Shown here in pieces: positions 25,364 to 32,400 of a stretch of DNA of 43,027 nt (position 1 is the stretch's first letter; each line of letters begins with the position of its first letter). Under the pieces are notes generated by a model. That model worked only from the letters and a program-made list of their open reading frames with translations, searched no databases and had not been told where the DNA came from. The DNA is taken from the IMG/VR virus record IMGVR_UViG_3300002461_000046, positions 1 to 43,027 of that record; one strand, 5' to 3'. A program made the translations under genes and the position numbers. Source of the DNA: a virus.

Positions 25364-25588
25364 TTACATTCTCCCTTCGGACATAAGAACCCAGCTAAGA
25401 AACATATGCTTCTCTGCTTGGCTAAGTGTGTTGATAATCTCATTGCAGCCATCTTTGTAAAGGCGGACTGTCTGCCAATCTGCACCTGTAAGATTAGCCG
25501 CACTAGCAGCAGCAATAATTCTCCATTCCTCTCCTTTAGGTGAGGTATCCTGCTCTATGATTTCTAGGATGTCAGTGATAGTGGCCAT
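25364..25588 (-). CDS. Hypothetical protein, 74 aa
   Basis: ORF with GGGAG RBS. Confidence 0.7.
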   Translation of the reverse strand: MATITDILEIIEQDTSPKGEEWRIIAAASAANLTGADWQTVRLYKDGCNEIINTLSQAEKHMFLSWVLMSEGRM

Positions 25589-25599
25589 TTCAAATCTCC

Positions 25600-27552
25600 C
25601 TAAGCCGAAGGCTTAGTGCAGGTAACAGAGATAGTATCATTGATACCAGAGTTAAAGAAAGCCAGCTTATCTTTGAGCGTGTTGCCTTTGATGCGCTGGT
25701 TGGCAATAGCCTGATCTACGATGTAGTCTTTAGAGATAACAACTACCTTAGTCCTGGCCCTTGTTTCTGCTGTATAAAACAGTTCTCGGAACAGCATGAT
25801 TGCATGATCTTTGTGAAGCAGAATAAAGACCTTGCGCCATTCAGAGCCCTGCGCCTTGTGAACAGTAAGGCAATAGCCTAGAGTAAAAGAAGCCTCAGAG
25901 AAATCTCCTGCTGCTGTAACTTCTTCTTCCATGCCATCACCGTAGTCGATAACTACAGAGTGAGAAGCTTGCTGTTTGCGTTCTCCTTTTTCATCTTCTA
26001 GAGCTTCGAGACTGAAGTTAGAATAATCAAGCTCACCAGCCATATCATCAAAGTCAAGGTCAGAATCCACACCGAGAATACGAGTCCCGAAGCGGCTAAG
26101 ATCTTTGCCCGGAAGCTGCGGTTCTTTGCCATGATATTGTAGGTTCCTGTTGATGCTTTTAATGATGCCATCCCTTTTGTTGAACATGACCTTATCACCT
26201 TCTGCAAGGTAGAGCTTGTTAAAGCCTGCAATAATCTCATGGACAACTGCACCCCGCTTCTCTCCAACAAACTGTGCAATCCACTTGTTCATTGCATTAG
26301 TTCCAAGGTGCAGATCAGACTTCTCTCCGCGTCCACCCTGTTTGTTGAAGGGGCTAAGAACCATGTCATTCTCAATATCGTACTCTGGAAGCCCATCATC
26401 GCCAGTGGTTTCTGATAAGACTTTGAGCATGTTAGTAACCACAGAGCACATCTTAGACTGGCCAAGCTGCGTAGGATTCTTGCCACGGACAATGTGGAAG
26501 TCTTTATCTTCTACCAGCTTGCGGCCATTAAGAATGTGGTGAGCATTCTCAAGAACAATCCCTTGGTTCCTGTAAACCTCAGTCAGTTCTACGATAGGAA
26601 GCTGAGTCAAGGCATAGTTCAGAATAGAAGGACCAAAGACAGGCGGCAGCTGGTTAATATCGCCAACAAAGATAATCTGCACATCATACGGCAGAGCTTC
26701 ATAGAGCTTGTCCCACAGATCAAGGCCGAGCATAGAAGCTTCTTCGATAACCAAGTGGGTAATGGTCAGAGGATTCTCAGCATTGCGAGTAGGAGCAAAG
26801 CGGAACTTCTCTTTCATTTCCACAGAATCCCAATAGGTCTCTGGCCGATACTCTAGGAGAGCATGGATGGTCATGATGTTGTACTGAAGCTTCTCTGCAA
26901 GAATTGGGTCCTTATGAATTGCTTTCCTCATGTTAGATGCAGCCCTGCGAGTGTAGGCTACGAAGGCAATAGAAGGAGCCTCTTTCATAGAAGAGAAACC
27001 AGTGGTGATATCCGTATGCTTATAGCTAGACATTTCCAAGCGGCCATCTTCTAGAAGTGCGCCAGCTACTGCACGCTGCGCTGTAGTCTTACCTGTGCCA
27101 GCAGGACCAATAAGACAGAAGCTCTTACCTTGGAATGCGAAGTCCTTAGCTACAAGCTGCTTCTCATTAAGAACAATGTTCAGAGAGAAGGATTCTTGGA
27201 TGCCCTTAGACAGCTCTGTGCGCTCAAACTCTTCTTCTGAGACAGGCTCAGGAGCCATTTCTTCTGCGGCTGCTTGCTCTGCTAGTTTCTTCAGCTTAAG
27301 CTTTTCGAGGAAGCTTTTAGGGCCAGCACTTGCAGCTTCTACATGCCGAGCAGTCTTTTCTGCTGCACGATCTTCTAGCTCCTGTTCAATAGAAGATTCA
27401 AAGACTGCAAGCTGCTGAGCTTCATTCAGGCCAGTCAGTTCTTCCTTGTGAAAAGAATTATCTTGACGCTTAGAAGCCAGTAGTTTAGCGACAATAGAAT
27501 TGCGCTGTTCGTTATGCTCAACGATGCGAGCGGAGAGTTTAGAGAGTGACAT
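25600..27552 (-). CDS. SF1B DNA helicase (RecD/Dda/Pif1-like), 650 aa, with about 140-aa charged N-terminal extension. Start moved to MSLSKLSAR.
   Basis: Walker A CLIGPAGTGKTT. IIFVGDINQLPPV. C-terminal TVHKAQGSEW. ATG 27552 overlaps the upstream kinase gene by 14 nt. Confidence 0.85.
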   Translation of the reverse strand: MSLSKLSARIVEHNEQRNSIVAKLLASKRQDNSFHKEELTGLNEAQQLAVFESSIEQELEDRAAEKTARHVEAASAGPKSFLEKLKLKKLAEQAAAEEMAPEPVSEEEFERTELSKGIQESFSLNIVLNEKQLVAKDFAFQGKSFCLIGPAGTGKTTAQRAVAGALLEDGRLEMSSYKHTDITTGFSSMKEAPSIAFVAYTRRAASNMRKAIHKDPILAEKLQYNIMTIHALLEYRPETYWDSVEMKEKFRFAPTRNAENPLTITHLVIEEASMLGLDLWDKLYEALPYDVQIIFVGDINQLPPVFGPSILNYALTQLPIVELTEVYRNQGIVLENAHHILNGRKLVEDKDFHIVRGKNPTQLGQSKMCSVVTNMLKVLSETTGDDGLPEYDIENDMVLSPFNKQGGRGEKSDLHLGTNAMNKWIAQFVGEKRGAVVHEIIAGFNKLYLAEGDKVMFNKRDGIIKSINRNLQYHGKEPQLPGKDLSRFGTRILGVDSDLDFDDMAGELDYSNFSLEALEDEKGERKQQASHSVVIDYGDGMEEEVTAAGDFSEASFTLGYCLTVHKAQGSEWRKVFILLHKDHAIMLFRELFYTAETRARTKVVVISKDYIVDQAIANQRIKGNTLKDKLAFFNSGINDTISVTCTKPSA

Positions 27553-27961
27553 TATAGTGTTCCCAAGATGCGGCCATACGTTTGACTGTTTCCTCTGGCA
27601 CATTGTGAATGCTACCAAAGAGATTTTTGCATTCTATGACTTGCACTGGAATATGCAAATCACGTGCCATGTTAAAATAAACTTCCATTTCCCAGAGCTT
27701 TACAAAGGTATTGGAGACGATAACAATATCACCTGCCTTCATAGCTTTCTCAGCTTTCATCTGGCACCAACGATGTGCAGCTTGAATCTTCTTGGCATCG
27801 TAAAGATAGCCTAGAGTTGATTCAAAGAATTGATCTGCTTCAGCTATCGTAACTGAGCGCCGGTTACTATCATTCAACATGTAGCTATCGGCCAAGCTTT
27901 CAGCTAATGTGCTTTTACCAGAGCCCGGCAGTCCGCGAATGAGAATAAGAGATTGTTTCAT
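27539..27961 (-). CDS. P-loop kinase-like NTPase (AAA_33 / polynucleotide-kinase-like), 140 aa
   Basis: LILIRGLPGSGKSTLA Walker A, IVIVSNT Walker B-like strand, HNVPEETVKRM..WE tail. AAGGA RBS. Confidence 0.7.
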   Translation of the reverse strand: MKQSLILIRGLPGSGKSTLAESLADSYMLNDSNRRSVTIAEADQFFESTLGYLYDAKKIQAAHRWCQMKAEKAMKAGDIVIVSNTFVKLWEMEVYFNMARDLHIPVQVIECKNLFGSIHNVPEETVKRMAASWEHYNVTL

Positions 27962-27970
27962 GTTAAATCC

Positions 27971-28198
27971 TTAGCTGCAAGTGAAGCTGGTGCGAGACCA
28001 AACAAGAAACCTGAGAGCATCCATTTGCTCATCAGTAGCAGAGCCTATGTCAAACCAGACATTCTTACCATCACCATCTGATACCCAGAACTTATCTGCT
28101 ACAAAGAAGGAGACAGTTTCTGAATCAGGGCAATAGCTTCTGACTACTTTAGTAGCTGGTGGCAGATCATTGAGAGAGAAGTGACATTGCATACCCAT
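27971..28198 (-). CDS. Hypothetical protein, 75 aa. Start moved to MGMQCHF.
   Basis: ATG 28198 is preceded by GGAG 8 nt upstream and lies just after the upstream stop. Confidence 0.6.
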   Translation of the reverse strand: MGMQCHFSLNDLPPATKVVRSYCPDSETVSFFVADKFWVSDGDGKNVWFDIGSATDEQMDALRFLVWSRTSFTCS

Positions 28199-28202
28199 GA
28201 TA

Positions 28203-28400
28203 TTACTCCGAATAAAAACGAACAAAGTAAATATCACCGTAAGATGCGCCAAGAGCTTTGATGGCTTCTTCTGCTACGATCTTTGTGGGATAGAAAATGT
28301 TGTTATTGCCGCGGACCTTCCACAGCACGACTTCTACTGTGTCAGTAAAGCCAGTAGCATCTACTTTGCAGGGGATTTGAACTTCGTTAGGTGTGAACAT
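28203..28400 (-). CDS. Hypothetical protein, 65 aa
   Basis: ORF with AAGGAA RBS. Confidence 0.65.
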   Translation of the reverse strand: MFTPNEVQIPCKVDATGFTDTVEVVLWKVRGNNNIFYPTKIVAEEAIKALGASYGDIYFVRFYSE

Positions 28401-28409
28401 TATTTTTCC

Positions 28410-28652
28410 TTAATATTTGCTAGTATCGCAGTCATTTTCCCACTGGTCTATCAAGCATTCACGAATATCATTAGCTACTTTAGGGCTGCTAACAACTTCG
28501 CTAATAACTTGCTTGGTTGCACTATTAAACACACACCAATAATTTCCTTGCTTATCGAGCAGGGTTCCATATTCCTTGCCATACAATTTGATAAGTTGTG
28601 CGAAGGACAAGCTATTGACGATTATGTGATCGTAGTTATCAATTTGATTCAT
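28410..28652 (-). CDS. Hypothetical protein, 80 aa
   Basis: ORF with AAGGAG RBS. Confidence 0.7.
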   Translation of the reverse strand: MNQIDNYDHIIVNSLSFAQLIKLYGKEYGTLLDKQGNYWCVFNSATKQVISEVVSSPKVANDIRECLIDQWENDCDTSKY

Positions 28653-28656
28653 GATA

Positions 28657-28989
28657 TTAGCTCCTTACTTTCCGAATAACAACAAACTTAGAACCATCGT
28701 GCCAGAATTGAAATGAGCAGATAACTTCTGTTGGCTCTGAGATATTAACAAAGTCGTCAGCATCTCTCATATCCAGCCTAACTTCGAAGAATCCGTTGCC
28801 TTGCTGATACATTTGCAAGGTCAGCTTATTCGGTACTATGACAACACGCTTAATGTACGAAGCTGCAATATGTGGGAGCAACACCCCATTATCAACTGTT
28901 CTGAAAGAGACTCGTTTCTTAGCTGCTTCTGGAGATTGAGGAAGACTAGCAGCCATTGGTTTGATATTAGATTTAGAGAGGAGCATCAT
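28657..28989 (-). CDS. Hypothetical protein, 110 aa. Start moved to MMLLSKSN.
   Basis: ATG 28989 is preceded by GGAGAACG. It overlaps the upstream gene by 17 nt. Confidence 0.65.
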   Translation of the reverse strand: MMLLSKSNIKPMAASLPQSPEAAKKRVSFRTVDNGVLLPHIAASYIKRVVIVPNKLTLQMYQQGNGFFEVRLDMRDADDFVNISEPTEVICSFQFWHDGSKFVVIRKVRS

Positions 28990-30280
28990 CGTTCTCCACT
29001 TTAGAAGGTTGCACATTAGAAGAAGAAGTAGCCTGCTGAGCTTTGAGCAATGCGATACGCTCTTTGAAAGAAAGAACAGAGGCAGCGGGCTTAGACTCTA
29101 CCACTACTGGAGTAGGAGCATCGGCAAACTCATTATCTTCTGCTGCTTCTTTAGAGTCTACGTAGACTCCTACTGGAAGGTCAGCGAAAGAACCTGCTGG
29201 CTTTGCAAACTCTGATTCTTCACTGTCCAGCAGCTTAGAACGGAAGTAAGAAATCTTCTCAGCAAGAATGATAGCTTCTGCTACCTTGAGCTGCTTCAGC
29301 TTCTCGCAGATAAGATCAACCATAGCGCCATCAGCAAGCATCAGATTCTGATCTGCAACGATTGTAAGCAAAAAGCCTTTGAGCTTAGGGCTAATAACAG
29401 AAGCAGAGGCCATGGAGATAATGATATCTTTAGACTCTTTCTTCCACTGCCTAAAGTCTTTCTGCAAGGCAATAGCAGCACGCTTGGTGGCCGCAGTAGT
29501 AGTTGCCTTGTAAGCATACTGTTTGATTTCTTTAGCAGTACGCGTTACAGATTCCTCGTAAGACTCTTCATCAGGCTTATAGACTGCTTCGAGGGATACT
29601 TTGAGCCACTCAGACATTCTATGCTGGATGCCACCTTGCACGACTTCGTCGTTAAGAATGAGTGAGAGCTTAGGAATCCAGTTGCAGTTATTGGAGTTGA
29701 TGAATTCTTCTACAAACAGAATAGCATCAATGAGAATGTCTTTAGCTACTGTCCGCAGAATAGCATTCTTTTGTGCGCCACTATCAGAAGGTTGATAACG
29801 GAACAGAGAATAATCGTCGGCCAGTGTGATAAGAACAGCAGCAGTAGTTTGAATGTCCAGCTTGCGAAGATAATCTTTGCCTTCCTGAGCCAGTCCACGT
29901 GCATTGCGAAGATCAGCGAGAGGGGAGGAATAGGAGAATACTTTGCCGGGAATAGCAGGGAACGTAATAGCCACTACTGCGCCAGTAAAGTCACAGACTG
30001 CTGCTACATGTTCGTTGCTATTAGCAAGGTTGATGCGCTTAGAGAACTTCTGGCGCTTAGAATTGTACTGAATTAGAGAAGCTGAGCGCTTGCTAATACG
30101 ATCATTGATTTCTGCGAGGACCTTAGAAGCCACTGGTACAATTCCTTCATCTGCTATAATGCTAATCTCTTCTGACGTCATAGCAAGCTGAGGGACTTCG
30201 AATTGGTGGCCGGTGTTATCGCTTCGCGTGCTCTTATCGAAGAAAGCTGTGAAGGCATTATGTTTGAAAGTATCTGACAT
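28973..30280 (-). CDS. First gene of the leftward early arm. ORFan protein, 435 aa.
   Basis: Long ORF with GGAG RBS, directly downstream of the divergent control region. No motif recognised. Confidence 0.85.
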   Translation of the reverse strand: MSDTFKHNAFTAFFDKSTRSDNTGHQFEVPQLAMTSEEISIIADEGIVPVASKVLAEINDRISKRSASLIQYNSKRQKFSKRINLANSNEHVAAVCDFTGAVVAITFPAIPGKVFSYSSPLADLRNARGLAQEGKDYLRKLDIQTTAAVLITLADDYSLFRYQPSDSGAQKNAILRTVAKDILIDAILFVEEFINSNNCNWIPKLSLILNDEVVQGGIQHRMSEWLKVSLEAVYKPDEESYEESVTRTAKEIKQYAYKATTTAATKRAAIALQKDFRQWKKESKDIIISMASASVISPKLKGFLLTIVADQNLMLADGAMVDLICEKLKQLKVAEAIILAEKISYFRSKLLDSEESEFAKPAGSFADLPVGVYVDSKEAAEDNEFADAPTPVVVESKPAASVLSFKERIALLKAQQATSSSNVQPSKVENDDAPL

Positions 30281-30340
30281 TCTATAAGCTCCAAGGTTAG
30301 AATGATATGCTAGGCAATAGGGATTCCTATACGCTTGGAC

Positions 30341-30401
30341 ATATTAACACAGTTTATTGCCCGCAGGGCATTGTATTATTCAATCGAGGTCACGGGGTCA
30401 A
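30341..30401 (-). promoter_or_regulatory. Candidate leftward early promoter(s)
   Basis: Minus strand: TTGACC (30396-30401) -15 nt- AATAAT (30375-30380), and an extended -10 TGtTAATAT (30341-30349). Neither candidate is consensus quality. Confidence 0.3.
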
Positions 30402-30503
30402 TAGATTTTGGCAATCACCGAAAACGCCCGGTCATGGCGATCACACATATCTACATATCCAGCCCCCCGCAGTAGAATTCAGATGGACATTCTGACCAAC
30501 TAA
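30380..30503. repeat. Left arm of a long imperfect inverted repeat in the divergent control region
   Basis: Blocks tcaatcgaggtcac, ttttggcaat, GATCACACATATCTAC (30439-30454), C6 (30463-30468) and accaactaa (30495-30503) recur as reverse complements in the right arm. Confidence 0.75.
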
Positions 30504-30575
30504 CCTATTCAGTGGCTTCTGTAAGTAGTGTGTTAAGCTCTGAGCTTGTGAAGAGTAGAAGGATAAGCGAATGGT

Positions 30576-30663
30576 CTTTTATGTGTGTAGTTAAAATTTT
30601 TCTCTTTGTTTTCTACTTAAATAATTTTTATACCCTGAATATATTCCTCTTCTTAACTCCATA
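30576..30663. other. AT-rich core (about 74 percent A+T, T-rich on the plus strand) at the symmetry axis (about 30600)
   Basis: Counted by eye: about 23 G/C in 88 nt. No ORF. Flanked symmetrically by the repeat arms. Confidence 0.6.
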
Positions 30664-30696
30664 GAATGGCCAACAGCTTAGAAGCTAGATCTGTAT

Positions 30697-30803
30697 TTAG
30701 TTGGTGAAGATGGACCACTCAGGCAAACTGTGGGGGGTCTATTAGGTAGATATGTGTGATCCTCATTGCCAAAAAATCGAAAGAATCCAGTGATCGAGGT
30801 TGA
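30697..30803. repeat. Right arm of the long imperfect inverted repeat
   Basis: ttagttggt (30697-30705), G6 (30732-30737), GTAGATATGTGTGATC (30746-30761, perfect reverse complement of 30439-30454), attgccaaaa, gtgatcgaggttga (30790-30803). Confidence 0.75.
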
Positions 30804-30875
30804 GCTTTCCAGAATCTACCGTTCATCATCTTCTAGACCGTTCGTCGGCTTCTAAAGATATTTGCTAGAAACCCG

Positions 30876-30903
30876 TTGACAGTCGTTCTAGGTGTGGTAT
30901 ATT
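30876..30903 (+). promoter_or_regulatory. Sigma70-type promoter with extended -10 (TTGACA-16-TGgTATATT) for the gene at 31005
   Basis: TTGACA at 30876-30881, TG at 30895-30896, TATATT at 30898-30903. Confidence 0.7.
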
Positions 30904-31004
30904 TCAGTTCTGGCTTCGTTGAACAGCGCCCCAGAAACCCGCTCACAAGAGCAAAGCCTTGGCTAGTGGCTTACTAGCTTGTTTATAGAGAGCTTAGAAA
31001 CATC

Positions 31005-31586
31005 ATGGAAAACATCATTATTGCAGTGTCGAAAAAAGTCGGTGGCAAATACGAGAAGCAAGGCGAAGTGCCTATTGTGGTTCCTGTCCTGACGGATATT
31101 GCCGCTGTCGTTGCAGGTGCTAAAGTGACCGGTGTAGAAGACGGCCTGCCCACCTATGAGAGCGATATTGCCAATTGGGTTCAGTCGGCTATGCTGGCCT
31201 ACGTGAAAGCCAATGCTCGTAACAAGCTGAAACCCGGTACCGCTGAAGTTAAGGATGGTTTGAAGATTCCTACTAATTGGGAGGAATTGTGCGCTGAGGG
31301 TGAGCGTGGCGGTAATGGCGCTGCATTGCAGTTGGCTCGTGAAGTTAAAGAAGCTTTCGCAGCATGGGCTAATACCCTTGGCAAGAGCGCAGCGACCGTT
31401 AAGGTTATGGTTTCTTACTTCAGCAACAAGACGGCATTGGAGCTTGCAACCCCGGACCATAAGGGTAAACTGAAAGCTTATGTTGAGCAGTTCGCTACTA
31501 GCTTGGATGAAGAGACGCTAGAGCGTTACCAGCGCCCTATTGAGAGCATCTTGGAAGTGTGCGATTCTGCTACCGCTGACTTCTAA
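31005..31586 (+). CDS. Monocistronic early ORFan, 193 aa, mildly acidic, with codon usage unlike the rest of the genome
   Basis: ORF bracketed by a near-consensus promoter and a terminator. Codons are CTG/TTG, ACC/ACG, AGC/TCG, GGC-rich, whereas neighbours prefer CTT, ACT, TCT, GCT. Confidence 0.85.
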   Translation: MENIIIAVSKKVGGKYEKQGEVPIVVPVLTDIAAVVAGAKVTGVEDGLPTYESDIANWVQSAMLAYVKANARNKLKPGTAEVKDGLKIPTNWEELCAEGERGGNGAALQLAREVKEAFAAWANTLGKSAATVKVMVSYFSNKTALELATPDHKGKLKAYVEQFATSLDEETLERYQRPIESILEVCDSATADF

Positions 31587-31614
31587 GCCACTGCTTAGAT
31601 TCTCCTAAAGAATG

Positions 31615-31641
31615 CCCGGCCTAAACAGTCGGGTATTTTTT
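31615..31641 (+). terminator. Rho-independent terminator
   Basis: cccggc-ctaaaca-gtcggg (6-bp stem with one G-U pair) followed by taTTTTTT. Confidence 0.7.
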
Positions 31642-31667
31642 CGTCTATATTTTCCGACAGACGGTAG

Positions 31668-31695
31668 TTGACATTCTAAACCATGAGCGTATAAT
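31668..31695 (+). promoter_or_regulatory. Consensus sigma70-type promoter (TTGACA-16-TATAAT)
   Basis: TTGACA at 31668-31673 and TATAAT at 31690-31695, about 27 nt after the preceding terminator. Confidence 0.75.
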
Positions 31696-31752
31696 ATACA
31701 TCAGAGCACAGAATAAGCTGGCTCTAGTTTCCAACAGACAAAGGTGTATATT

Positions 31753-31902
31753 ATGAAATCCGCAATCAAGCTGGCTCAATTGGTCCTCTCTGATGTAGAG
31801 GCTTTTGGATTCTATGATGCTGCAATCATTGCTAAGAAGAGGCGTAAACTGAGCTTCCAACAAACCTACATGATGATGTTCGGCAAATACCCAACCCGCT
31901 AA
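31753..31902 (+). CDS. Small hypothetical basic protein, 49 aa (MKSAIKLAQLVLSDVEAF...)
   Basis: Translated by hand. AAGGTG lies 7 nt upstream of ATG 31753. Below the ORF-track cutoff. C-ending codon bias. Confidence 0.5.
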   Translation: MKSAIKLAQLVLSDVEAFGFYDAAIIAKKRRKLSFQQTYMMMFGKYPTR

Positions 31903-31917
31903 TTGGGAGAATCTAAT

Positions 31918-32142
31918 ATGAAACATGCACATCAATTATATTCTGAATTGCTCGAATTGCCAGTGGCTGAGATATGGTCTAATGGTCGCGGTAAATATTG
32001 GCTGGTAATCCAATCAATTAGAACTGGCGAATGGCTGCATTACAATATGATTGCAAAAGAAACGGCCCTTCGATTGAAAGCTAATAGACTCCGGTATAAT
32101 GTTGATCGAGGAATGACAGTAGATAATCCGCACGATGATTAG
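31918..32142 (+). CDS. Hypothetical protein, 74 aa. Start moved to MKHAHQLY.
   Basis: ATG 31918 is preceded by GGGAGA. The track start at 31903 is a TTG. Uses rare-type codons (AGA, CGA, CGG, ATA). Confidence 0.65.
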   Translation: MKHAHQLYSELLELPVAEIWSNGRGKYWLVIQSIRTGEWLHYNMIAKETALRLKANRLRYNVDRGMTVDNPHDD

Positions 32143-32157
32143 ATGCTCGAAAGAATT

Positions 32158-32186
32158 AGCCTACCCCGCCCGGTAGGCTTTTTTTT
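32158..32186 (+). terminator. Strong rho-independent terminator
   Basis: aGCCTACC-ccgccc-GGTAGGCt followed by a T8 run (32179-32186). Confidence 0.8.
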
Positions 32187-32232
32187 GGTCCTGCCGGCGG
32201 CGCGCGTATCAAAAGGAGCTCTCGCATTTTTC

Positions 32233-32285
32233 TAAACTTTTCTGCAAACATACATTATAATCTCTTCCTTAACGATCACAATATC
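32233..32285 (+). promoter_or_regulatory. Candidate late-operon promoter (consensus TATAAT, poor -35) plus a GATCACAATATC motif copy in the leader
   Basis: TATAAT at 32256-32261. The 17-nt-upstream hexamer is TAAACT. GATCACAATATC at 32274-32285 resembles the 16-mer of the control-region repeat. Confidence 0.35.
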
Positions 32286-32400
32286 AACCAGTTCTCCCCT
32301 TCTTGAGTAGCGACTTAGCAAGAACCTAAAGGGCCAAGGTCTGTGATAGAATGTCCCAAAGCACCTCCTGTGCCTCTTAAGTTTCTCTAAGGAGAAGATC

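Noticed and set aside
30307-30495. 62-aa plus-strand ORF inside the divergent control region.
   Set aside because: It has no Shine-Dalgarno sequence, runs across the left arm of the inverted repeat, and its composition is typical of a random frame. Its existence is explained by the repeat structure.
30535-30686. Short AGCT-core palindromes, aagctcTgagctt (30535-30547) and agcttAGaagct (30675-30686), in the control region.
   Set aside because: They are not mirror-symmetric about the 30600 axis, and each is short enough to arise by chance. They are noted only as possible binding sites within the larger palindrome finding.
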